Virus record (IMG/VR): IMGVR_UViG_3300037067_002170
Span: 45,383-65,382 of that record
From: an uncultured virus (IMG/VR IMGVR_UViG_3300037067_002170)
Lineage: Duplodnaviria > Heunggongvirae > Uroviricota > Caudoviricetes
DNA length: 20,000 nucleotides
Direction: 5' to 3' (one strand)
The position numbers and the translations under genes are program-made. The stretch's first letter is position 1. The number at the start of each line of letters is the position of its first letter. This document shows positions 9,353 through 15,817 of the stretch, one piece after another. Below the pieces are notes generated by a model. It did not search any database and was not told where the DNA came from. It saw nothing but the letters and a program-made list of their open reading frames with translations.

Positions 9353-9694
9353 ATGAGCATCTTCAGCCCAACGCTAGGAGAACTAGTCAACACTTACAAC
9401 CACGCATCTGACTCGGTATCGGAGGAGACTGATAACGTAGTTGATTTGGACATCACCGTGCGGGTGAGGCTGTTTGGTAGGAGCGAGGACAAGAAGTGGG
9501 CATGGAATCAGTTGTGCGATAGTCCTGTCCAGTGGGCCACGATTGCAACTGATCCACCTCAGATATTCGGAGACTTGCGGGAAGTGGACGGGGAGTTGTT
9601 TGTGAACGTGGCAATGCTTGGGCATGAGTTGGTTCATGTCTTGAGATTGAAAGATAAGAGGATTAAAGACCCTGACACCTATGAGGGTTTGTAA
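9353..9694 (+). CDS. Small protein with HExxH zinc-metallopeptidase motif
   Basis: RBS GGAG; LGHELVHVL motif near the C-terminus. Confidence 0.55.
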   Translation: MSIFSPTLGELVNTYNHASDSVSEETDNVVDLDITVRVRLFGRSEDKKWAWNQLCDSPVQWATIATDPPQIFGDLREVDGELFVNVAMLGHELVHVLRLKDKRIKDPDTYEGL

Positions 9695-9731
9695 TACAGC
9701 ACCGCCACTAAGATTGAGGAGTAATGACAAC

Positions 9732-9983
9732 ATGGAGGATAAACGCGCAAACGGAATAGGAGAAAGCACGCTTACAATTAAATGGTGGGGCGTTCTTATA
9801 GTTATCATTACGTTCCTTGGCTGGATAACCCTTTCTGTAACTGCTCAAGAAACGCGAATAACAAAAATAGAGACCCAGTTTACATATATATCGCAATCTT
9901 TAAGTGAGGTAAAACAATTGACAGGAGAGATACGCCTAGATCAACTTAGGCGATACAGGGAAGAGGCAAATAAAGCAAGATAA
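9732..9983 (+). CDS. Single-pass membrane protein with coiled-coil tail; holin-like or lysis accessory (83 aa)
   Basis: ATG 9732 follows GAGGAG. TM segment WWGVLIVIITFLGWITLSV is followed by a heptad-rich tail. It lies upstream of the lysozyme. Confidence 0.55.
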   Translation: MEDKRANGIGESTLTIKWWGVLIVIITFLGWITLSVTAQETRITKIETQFTYISQSLSEVKQLTGEIRLDQLRRYREEANKAR

Positions 9984-10114
9984 TGTGGTGGATGGCCTAC
10001 AAAATCATCCCCGTTCCCCACGCCTTCGTTCTCCCCTGGCTGATATGGTGGCTCCCTTTTATGGTAGATGAACGCATGGCGAAAAAGCAGTTGAGGTTTA
10101 TCAATGGCAAATGA
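9983..10114 (+). CDS. Small Trp/Pro-rich hydrophobic protein (43 aa), not in the ORF track
   Basis: TAATG coupling to the preceding stop. Sequence MWWMAYKIIPVPHAFVLPWLIWWLPFMVDERMAKKQLRFINGK fills the gap to the lysozyme and overlaps it by 11 nt. Confidence 0.5.
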   Translation: MWWMAYKIIPVPHAFVLPWLIWWLPFMVDERMAKKQLRFINGK

Positions 10115-10589
10115 CAAGTTGAAAAAGATGATTAAGCGGCATGAGGGATATTCTAATCACGTCTATCTCTGTCCGGCTGGCAAACGGACTATCGGGTGGG
10201 GATGGAATATAGACGCTCACCCTCTCCCGAAGCCCATGCAGGTTTATCTTGACACTTGGGGATACCTGTTGCCGGAACATTGTGAGCAACTTCTTGATAT
10301 GGCTATCGGACTGGCAACTATTGATTGTAAGCGGCTGTACCCCAACTTCTCCGGGTTCACTGAGAACAGGCAGAACGCTCTTGTGGATTTTGTGTTCAAT
10401 GTAGGTGTGGGAACGGCCAGGACATTTAAGAACACCAACAGGGCTATCAACGAAGGCCGGTGGGATGACGCAGCGGAAGGGCTTAGAAAATCCCTCTACT
10501 GGAAGCAGTTGGGCGGCGATCCTCCCGGAACAGATGATGGAAAGCTTGAACGACCCGAAGAAGTAGCGAAGTTGCTAAGGGATGGATAA
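10104..10589 (+). CDS. Endolysin, T4-like lysozyme (glycoside hydrolase family 24)
   Basis: HEGYSNHVYLCPAGKRTIGWG gives the E-x8-C/D-x5-T catalytic triad; RQNALVDFVFNVG and A...S.YWKQ motifs also present. Confidence 0.9.
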   Translation: MANDKLKKMIKRHEGYSNHVYLCPAGKRTIGWGWNIDAHPLPKPMQVYLDTWGYLLPEHCEQLLDMAIGLATIDCKRLYPNFSGFTENRQNALVDFVFNVGVGTARTFKNTNRAINEGRWDDAAEGLRKSLYWKQLGGDPPGTDDGKLERPEEVAKLLRDG

Positions 10590-10987
10590 TGGCTAAATTC
10601 CTATCGTACTTGGTCATCAAGGACATTACGGACGACATTTGGGAGCTTCACGAACCCCTTATCTACGAATCCGACATTTTGGGTCGCATAGAGGTTCCTG
10701 TGGGCTTTCAGACGGACTTGGCATCTGTCCCGAAGGTTCCCCTTGTCTATGAGGCATGGGGCAACAGGAGTCATTACGAGGCCGTTATCCATGACTGGCT
10801 GTACCGGATCGACAGCGTTCCCCAAGCAACTTTCGATCAGGCCAACGATGTTTTTCTTGAGGCGATGGAAGTAAGGGGGAAGCCGTGGTATATCAGAAAG
10901 CCGATGTATTGGGGAGTCTGCATAGGGGGTAGATCAAGCTATCATAAAAGGAAGGTGGGAGAATGTTTGACGGAAATGCATGGATAA
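10589..10987 (+). CDS. DUF1353-like protein
   Basis: VPVGFQTDLASVP...AVIHDWLY...ANDVFLEAM...MYWGV..GG signature; TAATG-coupled to the lysozyme. Confidence 0.8.
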   Translation: MAKFLSYLVIKDITDDIWELHEPLIYESDILGRIEVPVGFQTDLASVPKVPLVYEAWGNRSHYEAVIHDWLYRIDSVPQATFDQANDVFLEAMEVRGKPWYIRKPMYWGVCIGGRSSYHKRKVGECLTEMHG

Positions 10988-11122
10988 ATGAAACTGATTG
11001 GCAAGAATTGGGTGCTGTTAATCCTGCTTTACAATATCCTTGCTGTTGTGTTCCCTGATGCCCAATGGCTGAAAAGATTAGGCGATGCCTTTGCTGACAG
11101 GTTCCCGGTGTTCAAGAAGTAG
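10988..11122 (+). CDS. Small membrane protein (44 aa), possible holin/lysis accessory, not in the ORF track
   Basis: ATG immediately after the DUF1353 stop. MKLIGKNWVLLILLYNILAVVFPDAQWLKRLGDAFADRFPVFKK has one TM helix and an amphipathic tail. Confidence 0.55.
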   Translation: MKLIGKNWVLLILLYNILAVVFPDAQWLKRLGDAFADRFPVFKK

Positions 11123-11186
11123 CAAAACCCCTGCGCCTCTCAACGATGCGAAATTCAGGGGGTCTTTAGAAAGGCGGTGATCCGAC

Positions 11187-11243
11187 ATGGGGTGTAAAAA
11201 AGGTGGAAAGGGTAAGGGCTCTAAGGGCGGCAAAGGCAAATAG
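11187..11243 (+). CDS. 18-aa Lys/Gly micro-peptide MGCKKGGKGKGSKGGKGK
   Basis: Strong SD-like AAGGCGGTGA ends 6 nt before the ATG. Varied synonymous codons for the repeated K/G residues suggest a peptide-level rather than DNA-level repeat. Confidence 0.55.
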   Translation: MGCKKGGKGKGSKGGKGK

Positions 11244-11250
11244 TTGTATA

Positions 11251-11281
11251 TTGACATCTAATAGAACGTATGTTCTATAGC
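11251..11281 (+). promoter_or_regulatory. Putative sigma70-type promoter overlapped by a palindromic operator ATAGAAC-GTAT-GTTCTAT (LexA/SOS-box type)
   Basis: Perfect TTGACA at 11251-11256 and a 7-bp-arm inverted repeat at 11261-11278 matching GAAC-RNRY-GTTC. The best -10 candidate, TATAGC (11276-11281, 19-bp spacer), is weak. The region is an AT-rich intergenic stretch before the head genes. Confidence 0.6.
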
Positions 11282-11294
11282 AACACAGGATTAT

Positions 11295-11540
11295 ATGAAA
11301 AATATATCAAAAGAAGTAGCCAAGGCGCTCGACACATTATCTGGATCTAAAGAGTTCCAGGTGTTTGTATCGTTCATTGAGGACGATCTTCGCAAGTTGC
11401 AAGCCGCCTCTGCTACGATGCTAGATGACACATTACTCCGTTGGAACCAAGGCCGCTGTCAGGTGTTACAAGAGCAACTAGACATTATTGCCAATTCACG
11501 TTCCAACCTGGAGAAATTAATTAAAGCGGAACACAGATAG
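11295..11540 (+). CDS. Small conserved head-module protein (Bbp19-like)
   Basis: 81 aa, helical, with an LRWNQGRCQVL motif; positioned directly before the scaffold, as in many podoviruses. Confidence 0.6.
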   Translation: MKNISKEVAKALDTLSGSKEFQVFVSFIEDDLRKLQAASATMLDDTLLRWNQGRCQVLQEQLDIIANSRSNLEKLIKAEHR

Positions 11541-11570
11541 CTCCGCGAAACCGGGAAGACGAAAGCTCCC
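11526..11570 (+). promoter_or_regulatory. Two tandem RNA hairpins with the same internal-loop motif, just before the scaffold RBS
   Basis: GCGGA-ACA-C-AGATA-G-C-TCCGC (11526-11546) and GGGA-AGA-C-GAAA-G-C-TCCC (11553-11570), followed by the SD-like AAAGGTGA. Confidence 0.45.
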
Positions 11571-11584
11571 AGAAAGGTGACACA

Positions 11585-12469
11585 ATGGATTTAGACAAGA
11601 TGGAACAAGAGATCGACGAGCTGCACAAAGAGGCATACGGAACAGACGACGCTCAGGGTGCCGACGATGTAAACGATAGCGACGATCTTGGATCAGAAGG
11701 TGATGATGAACCTGAGGTTAAAAAAGAAGAGGACTTCAAGCATAAATACGAAGTTCTTCAGGGGAAGTACAACGCTGAGATGGGGCGCATGAACGAGTTG
11801 CTTTCTGCAACGCTTTCAGAACGCGCAAAGGTTGACACTGGAAAGGACGATACGTTTAGCGACGGATCGGACGACGAGGAAGATCTTATCACCCAACTCA
11901 AAGAAGAGTTCCCCACAATAGCCAAGGGCGTTGAAGCCTTCATGAAAAAAGAAATTAAGGCTAAGTTGGCACCATCAGAGAGCAGGATTAACGAGCTAGC
12001 TGAGGCAACTAATACTGTTGTCGTCAACGATTATCTCGAAGCACTCGATGGAGCAATGTCACAATGGAGGGGGATTAGGGAAAAACCAGAATTTGTACAA
12101 TGGCTTGGGCAGCAAGATCGCTATACTGGGCAGACCAAGTTGAGTCTGCTCCAGAACGCTGATGCTAGACGCAATGTAAAAGCCGTTGCAGCCTTCTATG
12201 AGGACTTTGCTCGTGAGAGTGGGTTGCTCAACGATGAGGGCGCAAATGATAATGGTGCCGATACTCCTCCGCCGCCTAAAAAGAATATGGCCCCCTCTAC
12301 ATCCCAAAACCTGGCACCCTCTACGGGATCAAAGGGAACAATCACACGAGCTGAAATAACTCAATTCTATAGAGATCGCGCCTTGGGTAAGTACAGTGGA
12401 TCAGAAGAGGACGCAGCGAAAGCTGAGGGTCGCATCATGAAGGCTGTACGTGAGGGTAAGGTCCGATAG
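11585..12469 (+). CDS. Capsid scaffolding protein
   Basis: Very acidic N-terminus, KYEVLQGKYNAE coiled coil, W..I...PEF.QWL motif and C-terminal A.REGKVR; immediately upstream of the major capsid gene. Confidence 0.8.
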   Translation: MDLDKMEQEIDELHKEAYGTDDAQGADDVNDSDDLGSEGDDEPEVKKEEDFKHKYEVLQGKYNAEMGRMNELLSATLSERAKVDTGKDDTFSDGSDDEEDLITQLKEEFPTIAKGVEAFMKKEIKAKLAPSESRINELAEATNTVVVNDYLEALDGAMSQWRGIREKPEFVQWLGQQDRYTGQTKLSLLQNADARRNVKAVAAFYEDFARESGLLNDEGANDNGADTPPPPKKNMAPSTSQNLAPSTGSKGTITRAEITQFYRDRALGKYSGSEEDAAKAEGRIMKAVREGKVR

Positions 12470-12483
12470 AGAGGACAATAACA

Positions 12484-13194
12484 ATGTCAGTTGCAAGAGT
12501 GTCGGGTCACCCCGATTATAGTAATGACGGGACTTCCCGCTTCATACCGGAATTGTGGTCGGGTAAGTTTCTCGTTAAATATTACATGGCTACCTTCTGG
12601 AGGGATATCACAAATACCGACTATGAAGGCGAGATCAAAAACCAGGGCGATACGGTTATCATCCGTACCATCCCTACCCTGACCATCAATGATTATCAGA
12701 AGGGTCAGAAACTCAACTACGAGCGCCCTGAGTCTACTCCGCTTGAGATGGTTATCGACAAGGGAAAATACTGGGGCTTCACTGTTGACGACATCGACGC
12801 ATATCAGTCCGATATGAAGTTGATGAATGCGTTCTCGCAGGATGCTGGTGAGCAGTTGAAGATCACGGTTGACGCCGATGTTCTCCAGGGAATCACCTAT
12901 GGCTCCGCTGGAACGTTCCCTGGCTCGTCTTATAATGCTGGCGCTACTGCCGGTTATGAGAGTTCGAGCTTTAATCTGGGTGCCTCTGGCTCCCCTGTTC
13001 AGCTTACTAAAGCCAACGTCCTTGACTACATCATCGACTGCGGTACGGTTCTTGATGAACAGAATATTCCGAGCACTGGCCGTTGGATGGTTATCCCCTC
13101 CTGGATGTCTAACCTTTTGATTAAGTCTGATCTTAAGGATGCCTCCATGATTGGTGGAGAGTCCACGTTGAGAAATGGGAGAATAGGTGTGATT
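12484..13194 (+). CDS. Major capsid protein, exon 1 (aa 1-237)
   Basis: FIPELWSGK...ITNTDYEGEIKNQGDTVIIRTIP...IDKGKYWGFTVDDID...P..GRWMVIP...LRNGRIGVI is a P22/HK97-fold coat signature. The exon ends in U at the 5' splice site. Confidence 0.9.
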
Positions 13195-13962
13195 GAATCT
13201 CGATCCCTTGCACAGTAATGTGCATTGAATAACTGGGTGAATTCAGGGAAAGCTAAATTATGTGGATACTGATCGGACAAGAAAAAGCAACTGATGGAAG
13301 AACGATGAATCGCTGGAAATGCGGAGCGTGTGGATATGAATCCTGTTCCAGGTTTAAGCGATCTCAAGATCACATCAAATGCAAAAAGTGCTTGACGATC
13401 GAACGCAATAGGGCAACATTCGGTAAGCATCGTGGAGTTGGTGATCTTACCAGTACATTCTTTACATATTTCAAGGGCGTAGCAAGAAGAAGGGGTATAT
13501 CTTTTTCTGTTACCATTGAAGAGTTGTGGGATCTTTTTGTGAAACAGGGAGGCAAGTGCGCCCTGTCTGGATTACCGATCACTCTTTCCAGGTGCGTATA
13601 CCGGGGAAATTATGAAGCGTGTACATCTTCCATTGATCGCATTAATTCACACAAGGGGTACGAGTTGGATAATGTCCAATGGGTACACAAATATGTGAAT
13701 GTAATGAAAAATGGTTTTGCCCAAGATGAGTTTATTCATCTGTGTCACAAAGTAGCTACACAACATGCTGATCCTGAGCCAAGCTCTCTGAAAGGGTATT
13801 TGCTAAAAGACGGAGAGAAGGTGCAGAGACTAACTGGTGAGGAATCCCTTTCCAATAAACCAGACACGAGCGCCCGGCATCCTTTAAAGAAGGATGATGA
13901 TATAGTCCGACACTCCAAGGAAACTCGGAGGATGCTTTTAAGTGAAGCAGCATAAACATTTG
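13195..13962 (+). ncRNA. Group I self-splicing intron (IA-like, with P7.1 insertion), 768 nt, in the major capsid gene
   Basis: P1: exon GATT pairs with IGS GATC, giving a U.G pair at the splice site. P2: TGCACA-GTAA-TGTGCA (13209-13224). P3: CTGGGTG/CGCCCGG. P4: TTCAGGGA/TCCTGAG. P6a: CTCTCTG/CGGAGAG. R element GTGCAGAGACTAA (13821-13833). P8: CATCCTT/AAGGATG. S element ATGATATAGTCCG. P9 has a GAAA loop; terminal G at 13962. Splicing joins ...GVI|DTFTLY in frame. Confidence 0.92.
13260..13955 (+). CDS. Intron-encoded putative homing endonuclease (Zn-finger plus HNH-like beta-beta-alpha-Me domain)
   Basis: N-terminal CGAC...CKKC; ARRRGISF.VTIEEL; KCALSG...SIDRINSHKGY..DNVQWVHK.VNVMK nuclease motif; lies wholly within the intron. 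Confidence 0.82.
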   Translation: MWILIGQEKATDGRTMNRWKCGACGYESCSRFKRSQDHIKCKKCLTIERNRATFGKHRGVGDLTSTFFTYFKGVARRRGISFSVTIEELWDLFVKQGGKCALSGLPITLSRCVYRGNYEACTSSIDRINSHKGYELDNVQWVHKYVNVMKNGFAQDEFIHLCHKVATQHADPEPSSLKGYLLKDGEKVQRLTGEESLSNKPDTSARHPLKKDDDIVRHSKETRRMLLSEAA

Positions 13963-14196
13963 GACACCTTTACTCTTTATAAAAGTAACAACCTGTACAG
14001 CGCTACAGACGGTTCCTTCACGGGTTACTACATCCCGTTTGGTACCAACACGGCTACCTCCTTTGCGGCACAGATCACCAAGACCGAATCGCTTAGGGCA
14101 GAATCTACCTTTGGCGATCTCATCCGTGGCCTTATGGTCTATGGTTATAAGGTTGTTAAACCCGAAGCTCTTGGGCTTCTGTACGCACGTAAGTAA
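13963..14196 (+). CDS. Major capsid protein, exon 2 (77 aa; spliced protein 314 aa)
   Basis: DTFTLYKSNNL...SFAAQITKTESLR...FGDLIRGLMVYGYKVVKPEAL is the canonical C-terminus of this coat family and has no convincing independent start. Confidence 0.9.
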   Translation, partial: DTFTLYKSNNLYSATDGSFTGYYIPFGTNTATSFAAQITKTESLRAESTFGDLIRGLMVYGYKVVKPEALGLLYARK

Positions 14197-14222
14197 GACT
14201 CTAGGAAAGGAGAAAGCAAACT

Positions 14223-14705
14223 ATGGCTAACACTTATGATTTTACGGTAGCAGCAGAGGGCGGGATGAACGCCCCCTGGGATCGCCACGAGAACTTCTTC
14301 ATTATGAAGAAAACGATTGACTTTGGCGACAGCGATGTCCTTACGGCTGATCTCGCGTCTGACGACACCTATCAATTGTTCGACATCCCGGCCAACACCT
14401 ACGTTCTTGGCGCTTGGCTGGTGGTTACGGAAGCGGAAGCTACCAATACCACGGCTACTCTGGCTATTGGTGACACTAACAGCACCGCTGGGTATCTGAC
14501 TGCAACCGAAGTTAAGGTTACCGGTGGGTTCGGTGGACTTAAGGCTGGCTCAGAAGCATATCGTGCTCTTGCTGGACGGTTCTACGGGTCTGGCCAGGGA
14601 GATGCGGATGGTGCTGCTGAGAGGGTTATCTCTGCCATCGCTGGCACAGCTGCTCTTAGCAATGCGGTAATCGACTTCTATGTGGCCGGTATTAAAATGA
14701 CCTAA
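14223..14705 (+). CDS. Capsid decoration/minor head protein
   Basis: RBS AAGGAG; directly after the MCP; DTYQLFDIPANTYVLGA...ATLAIGD motif typical of jelly-roll decoration proteins. Confidence 0.6.
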   Translation: MANTYDFTVAAEGGMNAPWDRHENFFIMKKTIDFGDSDVLTADLASDDTYQLFDIPANTYVLGAWLVVTEAEATNTTATLAIGDTNSTAGYLTATEVKVTGGFGGLKAGSEAYRALAGRFYGSGQGDADGAAERVISAIAGTAALSNAVIDFYVAGIKMT

Positions 14706-14716
14706 GGAATAAACAC

Positions 14717-14746
14717 GGGGCCGGGGTAACTCCCGGCTCCTTAACT
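14717..14746 (+). terminator. GC-rich hairpin after the capsid/decoration genes; weak terminator or mRNA stabiliser
   Basis: GGGGCCGGG-GTAACT-CCCGGCTCC followed by only TTAACT, a poor U-tract. Confidence 0.45.
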
Positions 14747-14806
14747 ATCCTCTCGCGGGTAGGCTCCATTGCTCAGTCCCGTATTGGATGAAAGGAGTAT
14801 TAAATT

Positions 14807-15745
14807 ATGGCAAGACATGAACAGTTTAGCGTGAACGAACTGACCGTGAACAAGATTTTTAATCCCTATGGGTCAAACATTACCCCTGGGGCAAACCCCA
14901 CTGGTGCTATGGATTACTTTGTTGATCTCAACACGAGCAATTCTACGGCAGATGGACTCAGTTGGGATACGGCATTCGATACGATTGCTGAAGCCATTAC
15001 CGCATCTAATGCATCTATTGGGCTTGCTGCTAATCGTTGGTGGGCTAGACGGAACAGAATCTTTGTTTTGGGCGATGGTATTACTGAATCACTGACCGTT
15101 CTCCCCGAAAAGTGCGACATTATCGGTTGCGGGTCCGACCTTTATCCCTTCCCTCGCGTTACTGGTGCGCATACGATTGAGGTTGCTAAGGTTGGTTGCC
15201 GATTCATCAATATGGGGTTCCAGGCCAGTGGCACCGGTGATCTTTTTGTTGCTCCTGCGGCATGTCACGGGCTTTCTTTCCTCGGCTGCACCTTTACATC
15301 TTCTGCTGCTGGAAATACCAAGGCCCTGGAAATCACTGACTGTGCTCACGTAAGGATCGAAGGTTGTAACTTCCAGCCCGGAGCTGGTGTTGCTACCACG
15401 GGTCTGTTCGCTCTCGGCATCGGAATCGAAGGGACGGCCTCTATTCATGATCTCTATATCGCTGGTAACAGGATCTTCGCTACGGCAGGTATCGCAATTG
15501 CTGCTGGCGATCTGAATGGCAGCGTTGTGGAAAACAACATCATCAGATGTATGGGTTCTGGCAAGGCTTGTGTTGACAGTTCCAGTGAAGTAGCTTTCAT
15601 TAACAATAGGCTCATGACCGCTATCAACGATTTGGCAGTTGCTAGTTCCTGTACATGGAACGCTGCTATCGCAGTTGGTAACCTGCTTAATACGGTTCAG
15701 GCTCGTAACGCTGATATCCCAATCCAGGTTGTTATGACCTCCTAA
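14807..15745 (+). CDS. Right-handed parallel beta-helix (pectin-lyase-like) virion protein, possible head spike/fibre
   Basis: RBS AAAGGAG; YFVD....DGLSWDTAFDTIAEAI lead-in, then repeated beta-helix rungs (GCRFINM, SFLGCTF, RIEGCNF, IAGNRI, VENNII, FINNRL). Confidence 0.75.
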   Translation: MARHEQFSVNELTVNKIFNPYGSNITPGANPTGAMDYFVDLNTSNSTADGLSWDTAFDTIAEAITASNASIGLAANRWWARRNRIFVLGDGITESLTVLPEKCDIIGCGSDLYPFPRVTGAHTIEVAKVGCRFINMGFQASGTGDLFVAPAACHGLSFLGCTFTSSAAGNTKALEITDCAHVRIEGCNFQPGAGVATTGLFALGIGIEGTASIHDLYIAGNRIFATAGIAIAAGDLNGSVVENNIIRCMGSGKACVDSSSEVAFINNRLMTAINDLAVASSCTWNAAIAVGNLLNTVQARNADIPIQVVMTS

Positions 15746-15760
15746 GATTAACCCCCTTCC

Positions 15761-15797
15761 CCAGGGAGAATCAGGACCGTCCTGCTCTTCTCCCTGG
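15761..15797 (+). other. Long intergenic stem-loop
   Basis: 10-bp stem CCAGGGAGAA/TTCTCCCTGG plus inner CAGGA/TCCTG; no U-tract. Confidence 0.5.
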
Positions 15798-15817
15798 ACC
15801 TCCTTAAAGGACGCACC

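Noticed and set aside
12484..13218. Capsid gene as a truncated pseudogene disrupted by a free-standing HNH gene
   Set aside because: The intact group I intron core and exact in-frame splice junctions explain the interruption.
13942..14196. Independent 84-aa gene starting at GTG 13942
   Set aside because: The first 7 codons are intron sequence; the rest is capsid exon 2.
14197..14222. Read-through or frameshift fusion of capsid to the downstream decoration protein
   Set aside because: The genes are out of frame, no clear slippery heptamer is present at the capsid 3' end, and the downstream gene has its own RBS.
15761..15797. Rho-independent terminator
   Set aside because: The stem is strong but has no U-tract on either strand; kept only as a generic stem-loop.
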